Of a stretch of DNA of 41,933 bases, positions 11,400-23,194 are shown one piece after another. Position numbers and translations under genes: made by a program. The DNA comes from Chiloscyllium plagiosum (taxonomy: Eukaryota). The stretch spans positions 40,154,872 through 40,196,804 of the forward strand of contig NC_057719.1 in the NCBI RefSeq assembly GCF_004010195.1, in the 5' to 3' direction. The stretch's first letter is position 1. Each line of letters opens with the position of its first letter. The notes below the pieces were generated by a model. That model was not told the origin of the DNA. It ran no database searches and saw nothing but the letters and a program-made list of their open reading frames with translations.

Positions 11400-12950
11400 C
11401 ACTATCTGGCACACTTACTTTTCCTCAGTATTGTCAAAGTGACTTTGGGACCGTTAAACAGTTTAACTCTTGGAAGTACCATAGCATGTGCTGTAAAAGA
11501 ACAGTGATGTCTTAGCCTGCAGCACTGCTCATGTGCAGAATGAATTTCTCCCTGGTTTTCTCTGATGGATGCACTTGGGATAGGTCAGATTCAGAATTCC
11601 GGCTGTAAAAATTGCCAAATCTGTCCCAATGGCAATTGGAAAATTTGGGCTGATGTTCCCAGTCTCAAGTCTTTTCAGCTCTAGTTCTACTTTCTCCCTG
11701 AGAGCATATAGCACTGGATGAGGCATTCAACAAAATTGTCTTGTGTTCTTCTGAATCAGTGCATTAAGTTTATATCCTTGCAACAGGTTATCAGTCTCAC
11801 TGAATACCCGAGGGTATTTGCAGATCATATTGTCTTGTGTTGTGAATTTTGCTTGTACACAAAAAGCTATTCTAATTTAACTTCAATGTTGTTGACAAAT
11901 TGCTTCTTAGTTCTGATTTCTCTCCCCTCACCACAATGTACATTTTCCATTGCTCTTAGTATGCTTCTTGTAAGCAACCTTTGATAGCAAAGTAAATCAG
12001 GAATCAAACTGAACGAAACTCCACCCCCTGAATTGACCTCCCCGTTTACAGGAGCTCCATGCAACTCCGCTTGGGTTACCATGCTCTGTTAGTTTTTCCT
12101 AGGCATACATATCTCAGGTCATATGTGTCTTAACCAACTCCACACTGACGTGTTGTTCAATAATTGTACACAGGGACTGCTATTTCTTTCAGTCAGTGTT
12201 TGCTCAATTTACATTATTTCATCATGCCTTGAGACAAGAGCCTTCTTTCTGCATTTGGAAATGGATAAATCTGTGCCCAATGTTGGGCTAAGCACCTGTA
12301 ATAGGACTTTGCAGTGCCCCTACTACTACTGGCTGGTTTCTTTGGGAGCCTACGACTTATTCAGCTGCAGATTATTTACTTCAGCAAACAACTAGCTGTT
12401 GTTAACTCTCACTTGTGTGGAATCATGTTCTGTCATGTTCATGGACAATACTGTTTGGCAAGCTGTGATGAAAGTGAACTTTGGGAATGTCAGCAAGTTG
12501 CTGTAAATGCGTTCCCCTTTTCAAACAATACATGCTTCTGTTATACAATGCTCGCTGTTGTAATTCTCCTAAATTTTTTCCCAATATTGTCACTTGGCAA
12601 TTGCTTCCTTGTTCTAGACTGATGGCTTTCTGCAATCTATAATGACTTGGTACTGTAGTGCGTCTCAAACTTACACAATATGTCCAACACTGGTGTGACC
12701 TTTTGGTTTAGCAAGACAAACAAATCTTTGAGTGTTTTGTATACCCCGGGGCCTAGTTCTGTCAGAGATATCACCCCTTTCAACCACTGCCTGATAAACA
12801 GGATTATTAGGAACATAAAGGATATCATTTGCAATAAAATACACTTTCAGCCACTCCACATCTGCACCAAAAGTAGTTTCTTTCTAGACCATTCTCTTCT
12901 ACTTGTTCCATAGAAGCAGCTCCTAAAGTTTGATGTAGCCATCTTAAAGG
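11400..12950 (-). mobile_element. Decayed Gypsy (K02A2.6-like) gag-pro-RT start, likely the same element as 8560-9340
   Basis: EWLKVYFIANDI, LTELGPGVYKTLKDL and PVLYALREKVELELKRLE (conserved pre-RT motif VPYALRxKVExELxRL). Confidence 0.8.
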
Positions 12951-13226
12951 CCTTCACATGAAGATTGAATCTCACAAATTGTTTTTCAGCAAAACAAACC
13001 TCACAGGTCCTCTACTGGGTTACTGGAAGCTTCTCCAACCCAAATCTGTTTGGCAGTGGGAGATGCACCATTCCACTCATTGCCAAACTGTGACAACCGT
13101 AGAACAGAAAACACCAGAGCCGTTTCCCCTGAGCATGCTCATGTTTCGGATCATGCGGATCTTAACCCATCCTTCACTGACATGTTGTTCAATAACTATA
13201 TGCAAGAAATGGCATTGGCTTCTACC

Positions 13227-13450
13227 AATTAAATTGATTTATTTCAAAACAAAATCAGAACTTGCTGGAGAAACTCAGCAAATCTAGCAGCATCCTTGGA
13301 GATTTGAAATGTTAATTCTGCTTTCTCTCCACAGATTCTGATAGACCAGATGAGTTTCTCCAGCAATTTCTGATTTTGTTTTGAAATAAATCAGTTTAAT
13401 TTCTGTTTCAGATCTCTGTTTCAGATTTTCAACATCTACATTTCTTTGTT
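13227..13450. repeat. Palindromic Penelope-pLTR-derived element
   Basis: AATTAAATTGATTTATTTCAAAACAAAATCAGAACTTGCTGGAGAAACTCA is near-complementary to TGAGTTTCTCCAGCAATTTCTGATTTTGTTTTGAAATAAATCAGTTTAATT (ends 13401). Confidence 0.75.
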
Positions 13451-13834
13451 TTATTTTTATGGTTTATTACAGATTAAATTTAAATATATGCATACATATA
13501 CACAAAATAGCCACAAGATGGTGCTATGACAGCAATCTTCCCACTTCTGTTACATGATTAATGTTGTTATTGTTTCACTGTGTTTAGTCACAATAATCAA
13601 GTCATAAGTCCTTTCAGAGATGACTCTTTAAATTACAAAGTACATTCACAATCGGGTTTTGTTTTCATGATTTCAAAACTGAATAAAGATGACAGTTTAT
13701 GTGTGGCAAAGTATTAACTGAAGATGATGAAAATTGCTGAGTTGTAAATGTTTGCAACAGACTGAAACCAAGCCCACTGAATTTATAAAATTGAAAAAGT
13801 AGTAGTCAGTGATGAATCATTGAACTTGACAGTG

Positions 13835-14428
13835 AGTAAGCAGGCTATTTGGCCCATTGAGTCCACACCAACCTTCTGAAAAGCAACCCACCCAGACCCA
13901 CTCCCTTATCCTATCCTTGTGGTCCTGTATTTCCCATGGCTAAAACCAACTCGGCAAAAGTGAGGACTGCAGATGCTGGAAACCAGAGTTTAGATTAGAG
14001 TGGTGCTGGAAAAGCACAGCAGGTCAGGCAGCATCGGAGGAGCAGGAAAATCAACGTTTCGGGCAAAAGTCTTTCATCAGGAATAGAGCTCTATTCCTAA
14101 TGAGTGGCTTTTGCCCGAAACGTTGATTTTCCTGCTCCTTGGACAATGCCTGACCTGCTGTGCTTTTCCAGCACCACTCTAATCTAAACCATGGTTAAAA
14201 CCACCTAGCCTGCACACCCCCGAACACTATAAGCAATTTAGCATGGCCAGTTCACCTAAACTGCACATCTTTGGACTGTGGGAGGAAACTGGAGCATCCG
14301 GAGGAAACCCTCACAAACACAGAGCGAATGTGCAAACTCCACACAGACAGTTGCCCAAAGGTGGAATCAACCTGAGTACTTAGTGTTGTGAGGCAGCAGT
14401 GTTAACCACTGAGCCACTGTGCTGCACC
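13835..14428 (-). mobile_element. HE1-type SINE interrupted by a Penelope pLTR palindrome
   Basis: SINE head (GGTGCAGCACAGTGGCTCAGTGGTTAACACTGCTGCCTCACA) ends at ~14428 and the body is split by the 13949-14188 insertion. Confidence 0.85.
13949..14188. mobile_element. Non-autonomous Penelope inverted-pLTR element with hammerhead-like cores
   Basis: About 200-bp palindrome 13988-14189 centred on GAATAGAGCTCTATTC. CTGATGA...GAAAC core on minus (14056-14080). Flanked by CCATGG(C/T)TAAAACCA at 13934-13948 and 14189-14203. Confidence 0.88.
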
Positions 14429-14699
14429 ATGCTGAAATGAGATAACTAATTTCAAGTGTTTTGTAAAAGCTGAATTATATGGTAAAATCCAAGATATATA
14501 TAGCACAGACCATCCTTTTATTGTTACGTGCTCCATTGTAGGAGTACAGTGAAAAACTTGTACAATGTCTGCCTTCTTATGGCAACATTTTAGGTACAAG
14601 TACCTCGGTACAATTCTTGGATACAGCCGAGAAATTAAAATAGTGGCATTACTTTATGGAGTTGAAAAATAAGTTTAAAGATAGGACATTGTTAAAGGG

Positions 14700-17600
14700 G
14701 TGGTATTAAAGTAAGGTTGGAAATTTCAATAAGACATTAAAGTGTAGTAGCTCAGCACAGGGCCTTGCACGTGGTCTGTTCTGGGTGATCCAAGATGGAG
14801 AACTGGAAAGATTTCTGGCTGTAACAGCTGCTCCTTTTGTTTTGAGGTATTTTAGGTGTTGGAGGTGGTTTCCTCGAATTCCAGGAGCAGCAATTACTAT
14901 TTCATATGCTGTTGCATTGTTTTGGAACTTTGGAAAAGTCAAAACAACAGCAGTTTTAAAAGGGAGGAGAACAGACAAAGAAAACACATGGTGAGGTCAT
15001 TGCAGGAGAGAGAGAGAAAGAACTTGCACAGTTACTGCCTTTGCTGTTTGAATTCATGTATCATTGGACATCGGAGTGCATCTGGGAAAATTAACAAACA
15101 GTGAAATTCACAACTGATCTTGGAGGAACTGTTGGGTGAAGTTCACAGCACAGAATCAGATAAGTTAATTGTTGTTTTAAGTGTCGCCTACAGAAAATCT
15201 GCAGTAGTGAGTAGAGTGGGTTCTTTCTTGATTATATGTTTTTGGAGATATGTCTCTTGATTAAACTTAAAATATAAGCCATAACTATTTATTTAACCTG
15301 ATGCAGTGTTTGTAGAGAAATAAGATGGTGTTAATTTCTGGATCTGTAGATTGTGAAGGAGCAAAAATACCCTTTAATAGAATGATATGTACTTCTTGTC
15401 AGATGTGGGAGTTTAAAAAGAGTTTAAGGGTTACTGCGGATTATATCTGCCATAAATGCTGTTGAATGCGAATCTTATCAGATCGAGTGGATCGGTTGGA
15501 GAGACAGTTAGAAGCAATGAGGAATTTGCAACAGCAACAGTATGTGATGGATGGCAGTTATAGGAAGGGGGAATAGTCTCAGACACAGTCACACAGATGG
15601 ATTAACTCCAGAAAAGGTAAGAGGGGTAGGCAGCTAGTGCAGGAGTCTTTTGTGGATATACCCATTTCAAACAGGTATGCTATTTTAGGAAAATGTAGTG
15701 GGTGATGGATTCTCAGGGGAATGTAGCATGAACAGCCAGGTTTCTGGTATTGAGACTGGCTCTAAATGCATTGAGGGGTACGTCAGGTTCCAAGAGATCA
15801 GTTGTGTTAGAGGATTCTGTAGTCAGAGGTACAGACAGATGTTTCTGTGGCCAGCAGCGGAAAAGCAGAATGGTGTGTTGTTTCCCTGGTGCCAGGATCA
15901 AGGATGTCTCAGAGAGGGTGCAGAATGTTCTCATGGGGGAGAGGGGCCAGCAAGAGGTCATTGTCCACATCGGAACCAACGACATAGGAAGGGAAAAGGT
16001 TGAGATTCTGAAGGGAGATTAGAGAGGGTTAGGCAGAAATTTAAAAAGGAGGTCCTCGAGAGTAGTAATATCTGGATTACCCCCGGTGCTACGAGCTAGT
16101 GATGGCAGGAATAGGAGGATAGAGCAGATGAATGCATGACTGAGGAGCTGGTGTATGGGAGAAGGATTCACATTTTTGGATCATTGGAATCTCTTTTGGG
16201 GTAGAAGTGACCTGTACAAGAAGGATGGATTGCACCTAAATTGGAAGGGAACTAATATACTGGCAGGGAAACTTGCTCGAGGTGCTCAGGAGGATTTAAA
16301 GTAGTAAGGTGGGGGGAAGGGAGTGGGACCCGGCGGATAGTGAGGAAAGAGATCAATCTGAGACTGGTACAGTTGAGAACAGAAGTGAGTCAAACAGTCA
16401 GGGCAGGCAGGGACAAGGTAGGACTAATAAATTAAACTGCATTTATTTCAGTGCAAGGGGCCTAACAGGGAAGGCAGATGAACTCAGGGCATAGTTAGGA
16501 ACATGGGACTGGGATATCATAGCAATTACAGAAACATGGCTCAGGGATGGGCAGGACTGGCAGCTTAATGTTCCAGGATACAAATGCTACAGGAAGGACA
16601 GGAAATTGAGAAACAAATTTGTAAGGAGATCTCAGCTATCTGTAAGAATAATAGGGTGGTTATGGTAGGGGATTTTAACTTTCCAAACATCGATTGGGAC
16701 TGCCATAGTGTTAAAGGTTTAGATGGAGAGGGATTTGTTAAGTGTGTACAAGACAATTTTCTGATTCAGTATGTGGATGTACCTACTAGAGAAGGTGCAA
16801 AACTTGACCTACTCTTGGGAAATAAGGCAGGGCAGGTGACTGAGGTGTCAGTGGGGGAGCACTTTGGGGCCAGCAATCATAATTCTATTCGATTTAAAAT
16901 AGTGATGGAAAAGGATAGACCAGATCTAAAAGTTGAAGTTCTGAATTGGAGAAAGGCCAATTTTGACGGTATTAGGCAAGAACTTTCGAACGCTGATTGA
17001 GCACAGATGTTCGCAGGTAAAGGGACGGCTGGAAAATGGGAAGCCTTCAGAAATGAGATAATGAGAATCCAGAGAAAGTATATTCCTGTCAGGTTGAAAG
17101 GGAAGGCTGTTAGGTATCGGGAATGCTGGATAACGAAAGAAATTGAGGGTTTGGTTAAGAAAAAGAAGGAAGCATATGTAAGGTATAGACATGATAGATG
17201 GAGTGAATCCTTAGAAAAGTATAAAGGAAGGACGAGTATACTTAAGAGGGAAATCAGGAGGGCAAAAAGGGGACATAAGATACCTTTGGCAAATAGAATT
17301 AAGGAGAATCCAAAGAGCTTTTACAAATACATTAAGGAAAAAAAGGGTAACGAGGGGGAGAATAGGGCCCCTCAAAGATCAGCAAGGCTCCTCTGTGTGG
17401 AGCCGCAGAAAATGGGGGAGACACAAAATGAGTATTTTGCATTAGTATTTACTGTGGAAAAGGATATGGAAGATATAGACTGCAGGGAAATAGATGGTGA
17501 CATTTTGTAAAATGTCTATATTACAGAGGAGGAAGTGCTGAATGTTTTGAAATGGGTAAAGGTGGATAAATCCCCAGGATCAGATCAGGTATACCCTAGA

Positions 17601-19117
17601 ACTCTTTGGGAAGCTAGAGAAGTGATTGCTGCCACTTGCTGAGATATCTATATCATCGGTAGTCACAGGTGAGGTGCTGGAAGACTGGAGGTTGGCTAAC
17701 CTGGTGCCACTGTTTAAGAAGGGTGGTAAGGATAAGCCAGGGAACTATAGACCAGTGAGCCTGACTTCGGTGGTGGGCAAGTTGTTGGAAAGAACCCTGA
17801 GGGACAGGATGTATATGTATTTGGAAAGGCAAGGACTGATTAGGGATAGTCAACATGGCTTTGTGCGTGAGAAATCATGTCTCACAGACTTGATTGAGTT
17901 TTTTGAAGAAGTAACAAAGAGGATTGATGTGAGCAGAGCAGTGGATGTGATCTATATAGACTTCAGTAAGGCGTTCCACAAGGTTCCCCATGGGAGACTG
18001 ATTAGCAAGGTTAGGTCTCAGGGAATACAGGGAGAACTAGCCATTTAGATACAGAACTGGCTCAAAGGTAGAAGACAGAGGGTGGTAGTGGAGGGTTGTT
18101 TTTCAAAATGGAGGCCTGTGACCAGTGGAGTGCCACAAGGATTGGTGCTGGGTCCTCTACGTTTTGTCATTTACATAAATGATTTGGATGTGAGCATAAG
18201 AGGTATGGTTAGTAAGTTTGCAGATGACACCAAAATTGGAGGTGTAGTGGACAGCGAAGTGGATTATCTCAAATTACAACAGGATCTGGACCAGATGGGC
18301 CAATGGGCAGAGAAGTGGCAGATGGAGTTTAATTCAGATAAATGCGAGGTGCTGCATTTTGGGAAAGCAAATCTTAGCAGGTCCTAGGTAGTGTTGCCGA
18401 ACAAAGAGACCTTGGAGTGCAGGTTCATAGTTCCTTGAAAGTGGAATCACAGGTAGATAGGATAGTGAAGAAGGCATTTGGTATGCTTTCCTTTATTGGT
18501 CAGAGTATTGAGTACAGGAGTTGGGAGGTCATGTTGTACCTGTACAGGACATTGGTTAGGCCACTGTTGGAATATTGCGTGCAATTCTGGTCTCCTTCCT
18601 ATCGAAAGGGATGTTGTGAAACTTAAAAGGGTTCATAAAAGATTTACAAGGATGTTGCCAGGGTTGGAGGATTTGAGCTATAGGGAGAGGTTGAACAGGC
18701 TGGGGTTGTTTTCCCTGGAGCGTCAGAGGCTTAGGGGTGACCTTATAGAGGTTTACAAAATTATGAGGGGCATGGATAGGATAATAGACAAAGTCTTTTC
18801 CCTGGGGTGGGGGAGTCCAGAACGAGAGGGCATAGGTTTAAGGTGAGAAGGGAAAGATATAAAAGGGAATTAAGGGGCAACTGTTTCACACAGAGGGTGG
18901 TATGTATATGGAATGAGCTGCCTGGGGATGTGGTGGAGGCTGGTACAATTGCAACATTTAAGAGGCATTTGGATGGGAATATGAATAGGAAGGGTTTGGA
19001 GGGATTTGGGCCGGGTGCTGGCAGGTGGGACTAGATTGGGTTGGGATACCTGGTCAGCATGGACGGGTTGGACCGAAGGGTCTGTTTCCATGCTGTACAT
19101 CTCTATGACTCTATAAC
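14700..19117 (+). mobile_element. Near-full-length CR1/HER1 LINE: ORF1 (zinc finger + SGNH esterase), ORF2 (APE endonuclease + RT), inactivated
   Basis: ORF1: CTSCQM...YICHKC, VVLEDSVVRG, VHIGTNDI, DGLHLN. ORF2: NCIYFSARGL, AITETW, VGDFNFP, LDLLLGN, NYRPVSLTS, SGVPQG, FADD. Tail CTCTATGACTCTATAACT at ~19100-19117. Multiple stops, frameshifts and deletions. 5' boundary approximate. Confidence 0.95.
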
Positions 19118-19889
19118 TGTCCATGTCAGACCCCAGTCCAACAACTGTCCCACTCCGCTCCAAGCCCCAGTCTGCTCTGTCCCGGCGCTCATCTGCTGCA
19201 AGGTAGGTTCCAGGACTGCCTCTCCCTCGCAGGCCTATGCCTGGGACTTGCTGCGTGCTTGCTGCTCTGGGGCTGCATTTCTGCACTGTTTTGGGGCACA
19301 CAGTCCACAAGCTGTGCCAGGCTTGCAGTGTTCTGGGGCTCGCAGCCCACATGCCACTCCAGGGCTCACTGCTTTGGGGACTTGCTGCCATTGCCTGCTG
19401 CTGGTCTAGGATTCACATCCGGTGCTGAGGGGAGGGAAGAAGAAGAAGAAAAGAGGAAAATAAAGGAAAAAGAAAGAAAAAGAACAGGTGGAGCAGAGGA
19501 GCTCCCACAGGACCATCCTACCCTGCTGTCATCTTGTTTACGAGCCACAAACAGCAAATTATAATGTCATAGAAAATCAATATAGATTGTTGTATCATCA
19601 GTTTTGTTTATCAGGTACATAACTTTAATTGCTGACATCACTGTATTACTTTTAATGAACAAGAATAAAGTATCTCTCTTTATAATTCACTCTGCCTACA
19701 TCAGTCACTGGTCAAAAAGAGACATTCTTCATGATTGGAATGGCAGTGGAGTTGCTCTTGATCTGCCCATCGAGGTTATAGAAATGGCCTAACTTTTTTT
19801 TTCGTTATTGCTTTCTCATCAATAGTATCCAAGAAGAATTAGGTTTTATCCTCTCTACTTGGCTACCATTTAAGAGTTGATTTTAACAC

Positions 19890-20048
19890 TGCGAATCCTC
19901 TTGCAAGGATGCCTGCCTTGAAGAAGTTTTCCTCCTCTCTCTACAAGAAGATTTTACTGCTCCTTGGATGCTGCCTGAACTGCTGTGCTCTTCCAGCACA
20001 ACTAATCCAGAATCTGGTTTCCAACATTTGCAGTCATTGTTTTTACCA
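19890..20048. mobile_element. Short Penelope pLTR fragment
   Basis: CTGCTCCTTGGATGCTGCCTGAACTGCTGTGCTCTTCCAGCAC...CTGGTTTCCAACATTTGCAGTC matches the pLTR at 13960-14180. Confidence 0.7.
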
Positions 20049-20399
20049 TTTGTAAAGGTCTGATTTGCTGCATGTGGTTATAATTACTCATAATGTCATT
20101 GAATATTTTTGAGTTTGACATTGTAATGCACAAAGGTGTCGAACCACAGCTGTAGTATTTTTACATGCATATAGTTTAATCAATTTCCTGAAATAGCTAG
20201 TGAACTGAGATGCTGAACCCAAAAATTTTGTTTATTGTAATTATTCATTATGTTCATCAGTCATAGTTCTACATCAAAATAAACCCAGTGAACCATACTA
20301 ATGTGCATTTTAATAAGCTTCATAAAAATGAAATGAAGCATCTGTTTTTTGAAAGCTGTATAAGTTAGCCTTGCTAGAGCATGAAGTGTCACAGACAGC

Positions 20400-22940
20400 A
20401 TTAGATGTTGCTCTGGGAGATGCCTTCATCACTGTAGGAGAAATGAACAGAGTACCCATGCACATTGCTAATTTCTATAACAACGACATTGACCTTCAAT
20501 CCGGAACACTCCTGAAACCTGCCACTGTCATGGACAGTGGACTAACTAAAGGAGACAGGTGTTACCTTATTTCAAAGGTGGACATTGGTTAGTTGGAGGA
20601 TAGATACAAACTCTGAGGACCTCCAATGTCCATATGCAGCAGTAGCTTCTGCATGCAGATGTTAGTGTATCGGCACTCCAATCAGTGTGCACGGAACCTC
20701 CAAGCATTGTGCAGCTGCACAGCTTAGAAAGAACTTCATCCAGATGAGGCAACTTATTTTCTGCTCACCAACAATGGGACAACTTTCAGAAAAGATGATG
20801 ACATTGTGTATTGTGACCTAGTAAGCTACAAGATTACGACTATAGATAGCTGTCCAGTTACCAATAGATCTTAGTTCATCACTGGGAACTAGCTGTGACT
20901 ATCTGCAGATAGCATCTGTACACATCCCCCATAGTGATTGTGGAAAAGAAAAATTAAAATCTGAGGATTTGTGTCAATTAACGGGCACTCAATGCAAATA
21001 CTTATAAGGATGCTTAGCTTGGTTAGCTCAGTGGACTGGATAGCTGGTTTTTGATTCAGGGTGATGCCAACAGCATGGGTTTAATTCCTGCACTGGCTGA
21101 GCTAACCATGAAGAACCTGTCTCCTCAATCCCAAACTCAAATGAGGCATGGTGACTCTCAGTTTAAACATCTCTCTCTCAGAGACCAGCCCTGTATTCCT
21201 CTGGGAGTATGGTGACATTATATATGATTGAGGAAACATTATAAGTTCTTAGAGGTGTAAAGTGTTTCTGCAAACATATTTTGGCTCATGGTTTTAATCA
21301 TCTCCCCATCGCTGAGCGAAAATTGGAAAGATGACATTCCAAACAGGCACTGGGGTTCTTCACGAATATACAAGAAATCCGTTTAGGCTCTGAAATTTCA
21401 TTGCCGCCTTCATTTGTGTGATGGATGAAGTTTTTGGTGACTTCTAATTCCAGCCCATGCTTTTCATCTGGACAGCGCATCCATCTTCAGCACCATGTTT
21501 GAGGATACGTATGCAAAACTGAACACCATCCTGGCCCACTTGTTGCAGTTTAACCTGAAAGTCAAACCAGAGAAATGCCAATTCTTCTGCCAAAGAATGG
21601 TACCAAGGGCACTTTGTTACTGAGGAATGCATTACTCCTGACGATGAGGAAACCTAAGTAGTAGAGGAGTGCCCATGGCCTAAGACAGGGAGCGAACTGC
21701 ATGGCTTCCGTGGTGTGGCGGATGCTATCGAAGGTTTGTGCAAGGCAATGCATAGTTGGCTCTCCTGTTCCACAATTTGCTGAGAAAAACAGGGAATGTT
21801 CAAGGAAAGGATATTCAATTTAGGGTACTTCCTGAAACATCACAAGGAGTTGGATGCCAACATATAATGACACTTTCTGCACCCTCAAGCAGCAATTTGT
21901 CTTATTAGCTGCCTTTGGCTGCCCAGATTTCCATTTTCCTTTTGCATTGGAATCTCACACCAGTTTGCCTGACCTGGTAGTGACTGAGTCAAAGGTGCAA
22001 GGACAGAAAGGAATGGCTATCACTTATTTGAGTCAGAGCCTCCAGTCGAACAAGACGAACATGGAGAATTACTCCAGAATGAGACTCAAACTGCTGGTGG
22101 GCTGTTTTCCATAAATTCAGATACATTTTGATTGGTGCAGAGTTTGAACTATTTATCGACAACAATGTGCTCAGCTACTTTCAAACATCTGCCAATCAAG
22201 GACCAACAAAATCCCAGTTGGCACTGAACTCACACAGTTTTAATTCCAAATCTGGTACAGTTCAGGCAAAAGTAATGCAAATGCTGATGCCCTTCGTCAG
22301 AAAACTGAGCACTGCAGGGAACCCCTGCTCAGCAGGTGAGGGCAGTAGTTGTCATGAGCCCATACCACAGGTTGAAGGCAGCATTCCAGCAATCACACTA
22401 TGATTTAAGATGGTCACTGATGCACCTATGAATGATATCCAAGCCATGATCAGAGAGGTTGAGCCAGGAATGGTTTTACCTTTGCCGTTTACCTTGAAAG
22501 AAGACTTCAGACATCTTCAACTGATTGATGTGGGCATCTGTAAAGTGCACCATTATTGAAAAGCCCAACATCCACCAACTGAGCACCAGTTGATCAGCAA
22601 TTACAGACTGGCATGGAAACTTCTGAGGTGCTGCAAGAGGATCAGGAAGGAGGATGGAGTTCTCTGTTAGCTGGGTCATGAAAAGGAGAGAGAAGTGAAG
22701 CAATTCATCCTTCCCAACAGTCTCACATGTTAGTTGCAATTCATGATCAAGCAGGATGTTAAGCAATGGAAAGCTGATTACCTTCATCATGGAGGAGAGT
22801 ATGGGCCCATCATGGCTGCTGATATTGATGACTACTGTCATAATTATGGGAAGAATACTCTGGCCAATGCAGGAAATGATATTATCCTAGCATGGGATCC
22901 GTGGTCACCAAGAGACCTTGAGAGATCCTTGCAATAGCCC
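20400..22940 (+). mobile_element. Heavily decayed Gypsy pol remnant (RT-RNaseH-IN)
   Basis: PDFHFPFALESHTS...AITYLSQSL...NYSRMRLKLL resembles Gypsy RNase H (PDFxxPFxLxTDAS...IAYASRSL...NYSSxKLELL). FELFIDNNVL and NANADAL-like motifs follow. Confidence 0.7.
21015..21220 (+). mobile_element. tRNA-derived SINE (non-HE1 family)
   Basis: A-box-like GGTTAGCTCAGTGG and B-box-like GGTTTAATTCC, inserted in the Gypsy remnant. Confidence 0.6.
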
Positions 22941-23194
22941 TTGTTCCCAGTATTAATTAACTTTCAATTGGCACAAGAGTATTCTCCCAAAATCAGAATA
23001 TCAAGGGCTGGGATAATGCCTGGATCATGAAGCAGCTGGACATAGGTAGTCACGTCTATGCTGTTGATCCATTAGTTGGAGGGGCAGGCTCAGAAAATAG
23101 CTCACAGAGGGAAGTTGCTTCATGCCAATAATCTAGTGGGTGGTTTAGAGGCAACCAGCCCACTTAGCATTGTTGCTGAATCTAAAATATCGAT

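Noticed and set aside
18870..19564. 173-aa and overlapping ORFs
   Set aside because: They span the CR1 3' UTR and GC-rich repeat-like sequence, so are probably chance ORFs.
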